Assembly (NCBI GenBank): GCA_964016885.1
Contig: OZ024743.1
Span: 93,434,001-93,498,000 of the forward strand
DNA: 64,000 nt
Direction of reading: 5' to 3'
Origin: Eledone cirrhosa
Taxonomy: Eukaryota
A program made the position numbers and the translations under genes. Every line of letters begins with the position of its first letter. Position 1 is the first letter of the stretch. Below the pieces are notes generated by a model. The model saw only the letters and a program-made list of their open reading frames with translations, did no database searches and had not been told where the DNA came from. Positions 1-13,810 of this stretch are shown here, in pieces.

Positions 1-649
1 AACAAAATATCTGGTAGAGAATGTTGAGAAGCCAGAGGGGATCACTAATGTAGGCGGGAAGCCGCTAGAATTGGTTGAGGGCTTCCTGTATTTGGGAGCA
101 AAGATTGGGAATACGGAAGATGATGTGGTTGAGAGGAAGAGCTAAGCCTGGGCGGCGTGCCACAGCTTGAGATCGGTGTGGAAGTCGGACCTTCGTAAAG
201 ACCTGAAAATCCGCCTCTTCATTGCTGTAGTGGAGTCTGTGCTGCTGTATGGGTCTGAGACTTGGACACTGACCAAGAAACTCACTCAGATGGTGGATGG
301 GTGCTACACGAGAATGCTGAGGATGGCTCTGAACATTAATCAGTATACACTGAGGATGAAAAACTCAGAGCTGTATGGGAGCATCCCAAAAGTCAGCTCA
401 AAAGTGACACAGAGGAGACTGAGGTTAGCTGGACATGCTCACCGACATCCAGAGTTGACATTGCACTCAGTGCTCCTGTGGGAGCCCCTACATGGACACA
501 CTAGAAGAGGAAGACCAAGGTTAACGTATGTTGATGCCCTAAGGACAGACACTGGTCTGTTGGAGATGCAGGACATGGCAGCAATAATGAGGGACAGAGA
601 CCGCTGGAGAGAACTCGTCCATGGATCTCGGGAATTTTACCCGCCTTAG
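1..649 (+). mobile_element. RTE-clade LINE family A, 3' end
   Basis: FLYLG..KIRLFIAVVESVLLYGSETW..RLRLAGH..RRGRP C-terminal RTE motifs; stop codon runs directly into (TA)n; near-identical to 44910-45486. Confidence 0.88.
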
Positions 650-1428
<779 letters not shown>

Positions 1429-1578
1429 TATGTATATATATAACGGGGATGACTGGGGATTCCTTTCTTTGTTTTTTGTGCCTCTCCTTTGTTCTGTCCT
1501 ACGCCATCTTGTTTTTGTGTGTGTGTTGTGTGCTTAGTTTGGCAAACTAAACACACAACACACACGCAAAAACAAGAG

Positions 1579-1621
1579 GTCACTGAAGAGGTCACAGAAT
1601 GTGTGACGAAAGAACTTTGAC
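1579..1621 (+). ncRNA. Hammerhead-like motif
   Basis: GTCA-CTGAAGA-G-GTCACA-GAATG-TGTGAC-GAAAGAACTT-TGAC: helix I GTCA/TGAC, 6-bp helix II, very short helix III, CUU site; one extra G after the core. Confidence 0.6.
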
Positions 1622-1788
1622 AATATATAAACAACCATCTGGTTGTGGAACCAACCAACCAACCGGAAATTTATAAATTCCTAAATTTATAAATTTATTA
1701 TAATAAATTGAAGTGAATGCAACTGGTGCGTGTGTTTCTTATTGGCAACATGACCCCCCCCCCCAAAGTATAACAATATATATTTATA

Positions 1789-1827
<39 letters not shown>

Positions 1828-2895
1828 CAGCAGTGGTGGAGGGTACTCTGAAACTACAGTAGCAATAGTCAGAACGGGATAGAAAAAGTTCAGAGAGCTT
1901 ATACCACTATTGGCCGCTAAAGGGTTCTCTCTAAAAAGGAAAGGCAGGCTGTATGATGCCTGCATACGAACAGCAATGTTACATGGCAGTGATACCTGGG
2001 CATTGTGTACAGAGGATATACGCAGACTGGAGAGAAACGAAGCTTGCATGCTCCGCTGGATGTGTAATAGTAATATACGTGAAGTGCAAAGCATAAATGA
2101 ACTAAGGGAGAAATTAGGAATAAGAGGGATCAGATGTTGCTTACTCGAGAGAAGACTACGTTGGTACGGTCACGTGATGCGTATGAAAGACGACAACTGT
2201 ATAAAAAAAGTGCAGGGCGATAAAAATAGACGGTAGCCACGGAGTAGGCAGACTCAGAAAAACCTGGGACGACTTGATAAATTCCAACCTCACACACTTA
2301 CACCTCTCCAAGACAGTGTCACTGGACCGAGATCTTTGGCGCTACACAGTCAAACAGAAGACCCGCCTTGCCTAAGTACAAAGCGAAACCTACAGTAAGT
2401 AGGCACCTCTAACAAAATACACCCCGTCCCACTACCCCCACCCCATCCACACCACCCCCTTAAATGTGAAGTTATGTTGGTACCACAACATCCAGTCCGA
2501 AACAAATGAGGTCGTGTAGGTGTCACAACAAAATAAAAAACACACAGACCACGCTTTAATGTGGCCATGTAGGTAACACGGTAAAAACCTCCCAGTCCAC
2601 ACTGTAAACGTGGTTGGTGTTGGGAAGGGCACCCAGCCGTAGAAAACCCGCCAGACGTGTAGGTGTCACGACAAAAAAAAACACAGTCCACGCTGTAATG
2701 TGGCCGTGTAGGTAACACGGTAAAATCCTCACAGTCCACACTGTAAACGTGGTTGGTGTTAGGAAGTTCATCCAGCCGTAGAAAACCCACCAGACAGTCC
2801 TATACGAGCAGGACAACCAATCTTGCCTCAAGTGGGAAAACTCCCATCCAAACCCATGCAAGCGTGGAAGATGGACGTTAAACGATGATGATGTT
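1828..2895 (+). mobile_element. RTE family B, 5'-truncated copy
   Basis: KGRLYDACIRTAMLHGSDTW..RRLRWYGHVMR; 3'UTR ends GGACGTTAAACGATGATGATG. Confidence 0.88.
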
Positions 2896-3228
2896 GAGGC
2901 ACATGTCTTAGTGGTTAGAGCATTGGCCTTGCAATCGAAAGGTTGTGATTTCAATTCTCAGATCGGGTAATGTGTTGTTTCCTTGAGCAAGATACTTTAT
3001 TTCACATTGGTCCAGTTTACTCAGCTGTAGAAATGAGATGATAGGGACTGGGGTCCATATCATTCTACTGCAAAGTGGTTGTGGAGGTGCCATGGCAAAA
3101 AAGCACCCAGCACTCACTGTAAATGAGGTTGGTATTAGGAAGGGCATCCAGCTGTAGAAATCAAGACAGAATCAGTTCCCGTCCCACCCTTACAAGCAGG
3201 GAAAAGCAGACGTAAAATGATGATGATG
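2896..3228 (+). mobile_element. tRNA-derived SINE family B (RTE-type 3' tail)
   Basis: tRNA-like head, CCTTGAGCAAGA core, 3' end shared with RTE tails, (TGA)n; near-identical to 13144-13490. Confidence 0.82.
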
Positions 3229-3589
3229 ATATATATATATTTATATATACACACACACATACATATATAAACAAGAAGTGTAAGTCAACAGGGTATAATT
3301 AGCTTCGTTTATTCATCCCTTTTGACTTACTCTTCTTGTTTTTACATAGACCAACTTGTTTTAAACAGACCAACTTACGCACTTCGTTGAGTGCTCCAAC
3401 CTGCATACAGAGGTGTTGGTAAACAACCAACAGATACTCAAAATTATATATATATATATAACTTTGATAAGTTTTGGCCTGTATTGGCCCAGGCCATGTC
3501 TAACATGAAAGTACCACTTGGCAAAGTCTTTCAAATCAGGATTTGGACACCATGGTCCACTCAAGTAGAGAGTTATTGTTCATGGAGAC

Positions 3590-4245
3590 ATATCCAGGTG
3601 TAGGAGGTTTATCCGGGATTTCTAGGAGGAATTTGTCTAAAGACGTTTTGAATTTTATGGGATATGTTTCTGTTTTAATGTTTTGATTTTTGTTCTAGGC
3701 AGATAGCACGGGTCCCAAGCATTTGGGCAATGCTGATGGAATATTTTCCACATTATGCAGGTAATGTAGCACTCATGCCGGTGTTGGAAAGAACAGAGTT
3801 TGAGCTTTTTTGTCATTGACCTTTGAGGTGCTTAAATTTCCATAATAATTTGTTTCGTGTGGGGAAACAGTAGACAATAATATTCAAGACAGAGTTGGGC
3901 AAAAGTAGAGAAGAGAAGGATAATGGTGTGGATATCTCTCGACTGGAAAGTTCTGAGAATCCAGGAACACTTTCTGCAGGCCATGTCAACATTGCTGTTT
4001 ATATGATTGGCCCAGCTTATGTTGTTATCAACAATTACTCCCAGATATCTGGTGTTGTTGGATGCTATGAGGGTTTCACCTGAGGGAAGGGAATATGAGA
4101 GTTTCAGTGTATCCTTTTTTCCAAAGTGGATTAATTTGAATTTATCCCCATTCAGCAGCATATTGTTCTTTTCCGCCCATTGAATAACAGCATGTAGATC
4201 TGATTGAAGGCATGTCCGGTCTCCCACTCCATTGATAACATTCTG
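3590..4245 (-). mobile_element. CR1/L2-group LINE 3' fragment
   Basis: LQSDLHAVIQWAEKNNMLLNGDKFKLIHFG..YLGVIVDNNISW..HI..LEYYC, typical of the CR1-group RT C-terminus. Confidence 0.8.
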
Positions 4246-4627
4246 GTTATATATGTATAAATTTATATATATGTGTGTGTGTGTTGTGTGTGTGTATATG
4301 TATAAATTTTGATGCTAGCTTTATTATCAACATGAAATAATAATATAATGCTTACAGAATGAAAATATAAACATATAATAAATATAATTAATTATTGCAC
4401 AAAAATATATGATCAAAGGGAGAGGGGGAAAAAAAAATATATATATATATATAATAATAATAATGATATTATTTATAGTTATGTATATACTATAAACAGG
4501 AAATGTTAGTAATTTATTACTACCTTATCACCAGTAAGGGAAATAGCTCAATGTAAGAGCATCAGGTGTTTTACAGAGCAGGAATATAAATTATACAAAT
4601 ATCAAAGTTATGTTCAAATCATTTTAT

Positions 4628-4674
4628 TGCTGACAATTGTTTCTTCCAAACTTTTGTTTGGAGTCATCGGAGCA
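4628..4674 (-). ncRNA. Second copy of the Penelope hammerhead motif (inverted repeat)
   Basis: Reverse complement of 8360-8406; helix II loop reads AAAA instead of GAAA. Confidence 0.68.
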
Positions 4675-5030
4675 TTAGCAATGTTTGTACATATAATTAA
4701 CCTCCTATTCAACTGAACAATCATATAGATACATATATATTGATGTTGTGAACAACAGTTTCGTATTTACAGGGTGGAATGGATGCGACATATATTATAC
4801 GAGAATTGTACAATAATTCAAATTCAAATTAAAAGCACAGAGTGGAATACATGCAACAGATAATACAAGAGAATAGTCTAATAATTAAAGAGGCATTGAG
4901 AAAGAATGAAGACACTAGCAGTACATATGCAAACGTGTAGAGAGTGCACATGCGTTAGTCATATATATGAGAAGGAAACAAGCAAAGGTATTAGGCATAT
5001 ATGAATACTGTATGGCAAGGTATTACATAA

Positions 5031-7140
5031 ACACCTTCTTAAACAACCTTAACTCCACTATTAAAGGATTTAATAAAAATAAAAAAATTCTAGTACATGC
5101 AGATAAAACTAATAATATATATAGCTTAGATTACGATACATATAGAAAATGTATATATAAAGAACTACATAGGAGCTATAAGAAAACTACTACTAAAAAC
5201 CTAGAAAATATAAATATAGAAGGCCGTAGTATAGTGTGTAAATTAGGACTTCAGAGACATACACAGCCATACACCCTAACCCCCAAGATTCTCTCTGAAG
5301 GACCATGAAGAAGACTTCATTAGTAACCCTTCGATAAGACTAATCTGCCCTTCCAAATCTGACATTGGTATTATCAGCAAGAAAATATTAGATAGAATCA
5401 TCCCACAGTTTAAGCACAAAATATATCTTCACCAGTGGGGAAATACAGGTGAAGTTATTGAATGGTTCAAGGATATTAAAGAGAATAAAAATTAAAAATT
5501 TATACAATTTGATATCAATTCATACTACACCTCTATTTCCCCTATCCTATTAAATAAGACTCTAATAATGGACATAAACAATAGTGACCTGACTAAATCC
5601 CAAATTGATGTCATACTTGTGTCTCGTAAAACCATAATTACATTTGAAGATCAATTATGAACCTGCAAGGATACGCATAACAACTTTGACATAACTATGG
5701 GATCTAGTGACTCGGCGCAGGTCACTGATTTGGTGGGCCTATATCTACTAAATGAAATTCATAAGGACCTGCCCTACCTCAATGGTGGTTTATGCCGCGA
5801 TGATGCACTACTCCTTGTAGACTATAAAAAATTTAATATAGAAAGATCTAGGAAACTATTACATAAAATTTTCAAAAACTTCAACTTAAGTATACCTTAG
5901 ATAAAAACACTAAAAACGTTAACTTCCTTGATGCTACCTTTTGCCTGGACTCTAAAATATATACACCCTTTCATAAACCTAACGAAAAACTAATTTATGT
6001 GGATACCAAGTCTAACCACCTTAAATCCATATTAAACTCAATTACTAACATCTAATAGAATATCTAATCTATCTTATAACGAAACCATATTTAACAATAA
6101 TTCCCAATACTATAATCAGGCCTTAGCTAAATCAGGCCATAAAAATGGGATTGAATTCCTACCTATAAAATCACATAGTTACAGCATTATTTCTCACAAT
6201 ATGGCCATGAGGAAAAATAATAAGAGTACTAGCCACTCTTACTCTAATACGAAGGGTAATATCAAACTTAACTTGCACCAAAGTAAACAACACAATAATA
6301 ATATAAACAGAAATACAAATATCTCAAAAGACATTACAAAAAATAAAAATAGAAGAACTAATACATTCTTCAATCCCCCTTTCAATCTAAACGTCTCTAC
6401 CAACTTGCCTAAGGCTTTCTTCTCATTCCTAGAAAAAACTTCCCATCTGGCCACAAATACCATAATCTTATAAATAAAAATACCATTAAAATCTCTTACT
6501 CTACCACACCTAACATCACATACTATATAGCTAGTAGTAATAAAAGGAAGATTAATAATTATTTCCAACTAATTAAAACACAACAGGAGGTAAACTTACA
6601 GAACAACATAGTACCTGTAAAACCCTAGTAGCAATAATAATAATGGTAATAGCACTAATGACATCAATAACAATAGGAACGACAACCATCATTACCCTAA
6701 TGCTATCCATAGTAACCAGACTTCTACACAACATAGTAACCGGCAAGCTAACATCCAAAATAAATGTAACTGTAGAACCTGCCCCTTAGGTAATAATTGC
6801 TTAATCAAAGACATCATTTACTCTTGCACGGTCAACACAAACAACTCTTCTAAAACTTATATTGGCTCTACTTCGAACTGCTTCAAGACGAGATACAACT
6901 CGCACCTCCACTCTTTCAAAAAACACAATCTAGCCAACTCCACTTCATTATCTACACACTTCAATGGTAAGTAGTAGCTAGGGCCACATCGTATAAACCA
7001 CCAAATAAATTATGTAACCTCTGTCTTCTAGACACCCGTACTATAATCTTTTCGAAACTAGACCGCCTAAATAAAAAATCAGAGGTGTTTTCCTCATGTC
7101 AGCACCACTACCGACACTCATTCCATAATTTTAAACCTAG
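5031..7140 (+). pseudogene. Penelope RT-GIY-YIG polyprotein pseudogene
   Basis: ORF fragments 4967-5308, 5697-5900 and 6201-6473 plus GIY-YIG at ~6764-6960. Frameshifts and stops are present (e.g. TGA at ~5658 at a probable Trp codon, TAG 5898). Confidence 0.88.
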
Positions 7141-8359
7141 CCGCTACTATATAACAATGTCAGATTTGAATTCCTCACCACCATTAACACTTCACCTCTA
7201 GGACTTTTCTTCCCCCACAGCATCACACTCTTTGATCTGCTCTTTCCTCTACACAACTCCTATTTATCTCAAACCTTATACTCTACAATAACTATTAGAA
7301 ATAAACATATAGTCACCACCTTTTAATATAACTACTTTAGATTACTTATAATATATACAGTAATGGATATATAATATGTAATATGTGATAATGAATTATA
7401 TATACTTTTATAATTAATTATATAAATTAATAGCATTGTATATAAAGGATTAAATTATTAACATATGGGATTTAACTAATTGGACATGTAAACTGCTATA
7501 CATTGTTCCATAACATATATCTTGTCTAGTAATGGATAGATAACAATCTAATGAAACCTTTAATATATTATGGGAGAGTAGACTGTATTTAAAATTAAAT
7601 ATAAATATACAACATTATGTAAAAGGGATTCAATTGTGACACTATATAATGTCTATTAGAGCAAAGAATTTAAATAGTTTAATGAGCTAGTTACCTCCCC
7701 TTACGCATTAGCTCCCTTTAATTTTGGATCTCCTATTCACTTCCGGAAATTAAACCGTTGGAAAATCTCACTGTAGAACAACTCTAATCCATGAATAAGA
7801 ATACAATGAGACTAATTTACAATCCATTACTATAACTAACTAAAATTATTCAATACAAACATTAACTAAAATATAATTTAACATATGTAATGAATAGGAA
7901 ATCAATAACTTTCATATTCTCCACAAATTTGAACTCTACAGAAACTATCATCGCATTACATCCTCCATAATACACTAACATATTCGCTTAAAGTGCTTGT
8001 ATTTTATGTAATACCTTGCCATACAGTATTTATATATGCCTAATACCTTTGCTTGTTTCCTTCTCATATATATGACTAACGCATGTGCACTCTCTACACG
8101 TTTGCATATGTACTGCTAGTGTCCTCATTCTTTCTCAATGCCTCTTTAATTATTAGACTATTCTCTTGTATTATCTGTTGCATGTATTCCACTCTGTGCT
8201 TTTAATTTGAATTTGAATTATTGTACAATTCTCGTATAATATATGTCGCATCCATTCCACCCTGTAAATACGAAACTGTTGTTCACAACATCAATATATA
8301 TGTATCTATATGATTGTTCAGTTGAATAGGAGGTTAATTATATGTACAAACATTGATAA

Positions 8360-8406
8360 TGCTCCGATGACTCCAAACGAAAGTTTGGAAGAAACAATTG
8401 TCAGCA
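8360..8406 (+). ncRNA. Minimal type I hammerhead ribozyme motif (variant core) in Penelope terminal repeat
   Basis: TGCT-CCGATGA-C-TCCAAAC-GAAA-GTTTGGA-A-GAAACAATTGTC-AGCA: helix I TGCT/AGCA, 7-bp helix II with GAAA loop, palindromic helix III ACAATTGT, GUC site; U4C core variant. Confidence 0.72.
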
Positions 8407-8465
8407 ATTAAATGATTTGAACATAACTTTGATATTTGTATAATTTATATATATATATTCCACCT

Positions 8466-8995
8466 TAGACAATACAGAAAGTCACAAACACACATGTGGA
8501 GACACATAAACACACACTCATACATAAACATATACACTCACACGAAAACATACACACAAAAAACTTCACAAAAACACACATAAATATACACACACCTATG
8601 GACACACAAAATACAAAAGAATTCTGACACACACACAAACGGACACACTCACGCATATACACATAAAGTACAAAAGAACCCTAACACACATATGAAATAC
8701 ATACACACACACAAACGTACACACTTATGTAAATAGTAACAATGCAAAAGGTCATATACACAAGTCAAAACACATACACACATTCATGCATATGTACACT
8801 CTTACACAAACATATATGCACATACACATACACAAAAAAAGAAAACCAGCCATAAACATACACACTTGCACACTCATACAGACATACACACACACATACC
8901 CAGACATAAACACACACACATGCACAAAAAGACAAAGAATTCACAGACACACACACCAATAATATAAGTCTCGTAAACACCCATATATATATATA
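8466..8995. repeat. Degenerate CA-rich low-complexity tract
   Basis: Direct reading. Confidence 0.8.
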
Positions 8996-9524
8996 TTCAA
9001 AATATATATACAGGACAAAGTCAATGGAAAAAGCAACAGAAAGACGGACAGTCCCATCTCCTCAGTCAACCTCAGCAAATCACTACAGTTTCAGCGCATT
9101 AAGGTTGACACCATTCATTCCGGTGCACATAGGGACATAACAAAACAAGTAGAGACAAGTTAAACCATTAGGTGAATTATACAAATATAGATGAAAAAGT
9201 ATCTCAAGTGCGTCAACTGGCAAAGAAGGGAGAGAACGATGTACGAGGGCTTAGCCAAAGGAGAAAAAATATAGAAAGGAATATACATGGAGATGTAGAA
9301 AAAACACTAAGGCTATATGTTGGTGCTCATTAATTTATTTATTAATTATTATTCATTCAGACACGTGTTTCAATGCATTATGTTATAGCCTATGACATCT
9401 CGATTATTACATAATCTATTATTTCATACTGCATTATATTAATTTCCATGCAGAGAAAATTCCAAAAATAAATAGTCTATACGTAAAGATACATAGACAG
9501 ATATGTATGTGTGTGTGTGTGTAC

Positions 9525-9555
<31 letters not shown>

Positions 9556-12444
9556 GTAGAATCGAAGTAAGTGATGCAGCATATGTACAAGATTTATTGG
9601 CATATTCAATATCAATCAGTTCAGGGTACAATCATAATGACGGGGCCCGACTCTTCTTTAACATCTCCCCAAATATGCGAGTTTATATGTGCAAAGACAC
9701 AACTAAATGGATTCCATAACAGAACTGAGTGCTTCAAACAGCATGCCACCTGTAACTGTAGTTACATACCTAACTAACATAGCATCATCATCATCATTGT
9801 TTAACGTCCATTTTCCACACTAGCATGGGTAGGATATGTGCGACATCCAGATTGGAGGACTGTGTTTTGCTCACACAGAACTGATTTTGACTTGGTTTCT
9901 TTGGCTGGATGCCCTTCCTATCGCCAACCACATTTACAGTGTGTACTGGATGCTTTTTGTTGTGACACCTACATGACCACATTACAGTGTGGACAGAGCA
10001 CTTTTTATCGTGACTCCTATACAACTGCTTTAGAGTATGTGCTGGGTGCTTTTTGTCGTGACCCCTACATAACCACTTTACAATGTGGGCTGGATGCTTT
10101 TCGTCATGACACCTACATGACCACTTTACTGTGTGGACCTAACTAACATATATATATGTGTGTGTGTGTATGTATATGCTACCCATGCTAGCGTGGAAGA
10201 TGGATGTTAAACGATGATGATAATGATATACATTGGAATATAGTCACATCATACAGTATATATCAAGAGATAGACTTACATTGTTGCACACAGTAAAAAT
10301 AACAATTGTTTAGGACAGTGTAAACATGTTTAAAAAAGTGGACGCAGCTTGACGAATGATTCACAATCATAAGGTCCTCAGTTCGATCTCACTACATGGC
10401 AACATAGGTGTCATTTACCGAAGCCTCAAGTCAAACCAAACTTGTAAGTGAAATTGAATAGAGGGAAGCTATGTGTAATCCCATCAGATGGACACTACAT
10501 GTACCATATATACCTATATATAATCTGAGAAATATGTGACAAAAAAATTGATGGTAAAATGGTGAGGTCAGCTTATATTAGAGGACAATATTTTGATGAT
10601 TTCCACCAACTTCAAAATTCTATGTAAATGAGGTGCTAAAATATTTTTACTTTGGGGATGAATATTACACTAGTTTCACTTTCAACGGGAAATTCATATT
10701 TCTTCTCATTTTTTAAAAATATGTTTTAGATGAATATGGCCTTGAAAAACCATCAAAAATTATAAAAAGAATCGTTACATAATACAGTTGGGAAATAAAA
10801 ACTATACTCTAAATGGCACTTAAAATATTTGAAATATTAAAACTTCATAAATATATTCTACATTCATGAGAATTTCAAAACTGCACCATCTAAACATATG
10901 TTGATTACCTGCCTCAGCTTAAGTAGGTTGGATTTTTGCCTATTTCTCAGACATTAGATAGAGGCAGGCTCATATTAGAGTATATAGAGTTGTTCCAAAG
11001 GCCAACCTTGTTATGTATTGAATCAAGCTGAATCTCCCTGTGGAAGGATCAGGCTGTTCTGTTGATTGAAGAACTGGAGGACTTTCTAGAAGGTTTTACA
11101 GAGTGCTCAATAAAAAAAGTGAATAAATTCAACTTTCAGAGCTATAATATAATGAATTTACATTTATACTATCAAAAGCGACATTGTTTTGGTGTGTCTA
11201 AAGGATAAAACCAAAATGTGTAGCAGGGACATGCCTTTGGCAGCCCTAGGGCACATCTATCTTGCTAGGGCCCTCTGCTAAAGAATGGCCCCCTGCTAAA
11301 TGATGGCCCCTTACTGATAGGGGACCTGGAGCAAAATACCCTGTCTACCCTGCCATAAATCCAGCCTTGGAGACAACTCATTTTTTATTACCAGCCTTGT
11401 CACACACTGTGTCATGTTGAATCTCCCTGAGAACTGCATTAAGGTAGTACAAGTATGTGGAATACTTACACGTTAATTTCATGAGCAGGCTTTTCCATTG
11501 TTCAATCAACTGAAATAATCATTGTCAGACCATCGGAGGTCCAACAGACACACATGCACACATCCACCCACACACACATTCACCCACACACATACACACA
11601 CATCCACACACACAAACACAATGTCAAAGTAGAGCAATACAGCCATATAAATTTCATGTCTATAGTTTTCAAACAAAGAGATTCTGTTGCTCAGCTACCA
11701 TTGTTAATAAAGGTGGTGTTCACCCACCATTTCCCATTACATATACCAATAACTTGACCATCAATACTGCATTGTCTGCTCAGTCAAGCAGTGAGTGAGT
11801 CATGTTACAAGCAGAATGATCTATAGCCATCTTCCTTCTATTTCCATATATATCATACTAGTAGTTTCTAAGAACATGAGTTACTAAAGAGATCTACTAA
11901 CATCAAAGCATATTTATTGCTTTCACTTTGAAGACAATATATACTTCCATCTGCATTCTCAAATAATTTAATGTTTAAACACCTCTAGAAGGAGTTTTTA
12001 TCTACTAAACACATGGATAATCTCAGTTGATCAACATTTTTATTGACAAATATTAATGAAGGTTTTAATGTTTAGACACTGCCTAGAGGGAGTTTTTATC
12101 TACTAAACACATGGATAATCTCAGTTGAGACTCTATTGCTTTATACATATGAATTTTGTAATCAAAACAAAATTAGTTATCTTTTAAAATATACGATACA
12201 TTTAGCTGTCAGCATACTGCATCCTTCAAAACTTCCATGCTTCTCGAAACTCGCCAACACTACACCTGATATTGCCCCTTCATACACATGCAAGCATGCA
12301 TGGGTGTGTGTGTGTATCATGACTCATACACTGTTTACTTTCCTGATTTTTGTACATTATTCTATGTACTATACATGCACTCACTTTTGATCAGTTGTAG
12401 TGCACCTGAACACTGAACACAATAGATTTTCATTATTATTGTGA

Positions 12445-12633
12445 TGGGCGGTGGATTGGCAGTATCGGTAGAGGGTCGGACGCCATGCTTTGACGCATAG
12501 AGTTACGGCCCTTGCCATTCTGAGTTCAAATCCCGCCGAGGTTAACTTTGCCTTTCAACCTTACAGGGTTGATAAAATAAAGTACCAGTAATGCACTGGG
12601 TAATTGCTGGACTTGTGCCAAAAAGTAGAAACA
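12445..12633 (+). mobile_element. tRNA-derived SINE family A (full length, 13-bp TSD)
   Basis: A box TGGCAGTATCGG, B box GAGTTCAAATCC; TSD ATTATTATTGTGA at 12432 and 12634; about 10 recognisable copies in the window. Confidence 0.88.
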
Positions 12634-13029
12634 ATTATTATTGTGACTATCTAAGCTTTGTTTTATATATACTGTATATATATATATATATATAACAAAG
12701 CTTAGATAGTTTTTTTTAGCTGACTCCAACAACAACACCACTACCAACATAAGAATAGAGGTCAGATGTACCTAACAATAACAAGAACAACCACTACAGA
12801 TTGGCTTGCCTCAGAATGAATTTCTATAGACTTTTGACTGAGGAATGTTCTAACAACTGACCAATGAGAGGAGAAGAAGCCCTTTGACGCTGAAATTCGT
12901 TTGTTTAAATTCATATGATTCCAGTTCCTCAGTGAAATAACAACCCAACCAGGAACTGGGCATATCAGAGTATTGACAAAGTTAAACACCTCAACAACAT
13001 GTGTACTCGTCTCTACCACACTAATTCAG

Positions 13030-13086
13030 ACTGCCTGAAGAGGTCACAGCCAAAGATGGCTGCCACCGAAATATATATATAGCAGT
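13030..13086 (+). ncRNA. Type I hammerhead ribozyme motif
   Basis: ACTGC-CTGAAGA-GGT..CAGCCA-AAGA-TGGCTG..ACC-GAA-ATATATATAT-A-GCAGT: intact core, helix I ACTGC/GCAGT, helix II with internal loop, self-complementary helix III, AUA site. Confidence 0.8.
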
Positions 13087-13143
13087 AATAAAGAAAGCCA
13101 AATTTTAAACATTTGACTTATTTATTTTATTTTATTTTATATG

Positions 13144-13490
13144 GAGGCACATGGCTTAGTGGTTAGAGCACTGGCCTTGCAATCGAAAGGTTGTGAGTTC
13201 AATTCTCAGACCGATTGATGTGTTGTTTCCTTGAGCAAGACACTTTATTTCACATTGCTCCAGTTTACTCAGCTGTAGAAATGAGATGATAGGGACTGGG
13301 GTCCCTATCATTCCACTGCAAAGTGGTCGTGGAGGTGCCACGGCAAAAAAAGCACCCAGCACTCACTGTAAATGAGGTTGGTGTTAGGAAGGGCATCCAG
13401 CTGTAGAAATCAAGCCAGAATCAGTTCCCGTCCCGCCCTTGCAAGCAGGGAAAAGCGGACGTAAAATGAAATGATGATGAATGATGATGA
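13144..13490 (+). mobile_element. SINE family B
   Basis: A box TGGCTTAGTGG, B box GAGTTCAATTC; RTE-like tail and (TGA)n. Confidence 0.85.
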
Positions 13491-13674
13491 TATATATATA
13501 TATATAATTAGAGAGAGAGAGAGAGCTTTGTCCAGTTTAGCCATGATGATATCAGCTGTTCATTTTACAAGTAACCTTTTCTAATTGTTAATATCTTGAG
13601 TAAGAATATGTGATTAATCAACTTTTTATGCATACAAGACTTGGCTGAATATCAAATATTGTTTTCCAGCTAAG

Positions 13675-13810
13675 TCTTTCTACGGTCGTAGCTTTTTCCT
13701 TTCCTCAAACTGCCAGACTTTGGAACTCTCTTCCATCTCATTGTTTTCCCTCTTCTCATGAGCTGAACTCTTTCAGGTCTAAAGTAAATTCATTCCTTTC
13801 ATCTTAAATT
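13675..13810 (+). mobile_element. CR1/Jockey-group LINE extreme 3' fragment
   Basis: Encodes FPQTARLWNSLPSHCFPSSHELNSFRSKVNSFL (SFF..WNSLP motif). Confidence 0.6.

Larger units (their letters stand above)
4581..8461 (+). mobile_element. Penelope-like retroelement (5'-truncated, decayed) with inverted terminal repeats
   Basis: Broken ORF 5031-7140 contains ADKT, FDI..YxSI, FDITMGSSDSAQVTDLVGLYLL, GLCRDD and VNFLD RT motifs, then CNCRTCPLGNNCL..IIY..YIGST..FKTRYNSH (GIY-YIG). 4581-5031 is the reverse complement of 8003-8461. Confidence 0.92.

Noticed and set aside
5656-5662. In-frame TGA in the Penelope ORF as possible selenocysteine (as in Naiad PLEs)
   Set aside because: Falls at a probable Trp position; the ORF also has TAG stops and frameshifts, and the endonuclease is C-terminal rather than N-terminal.
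9355-9410. Minus-strand GAAACACGTGTC (hammerhead-like palindromic helix III)
   Set aside because: No CUGANGA core or helix II; at most a decayed relic.
13144-13215. tRNA gene
   Set aside because: tRNA-like SINE head without a closed acceptor stem, continuing into a repeat body.
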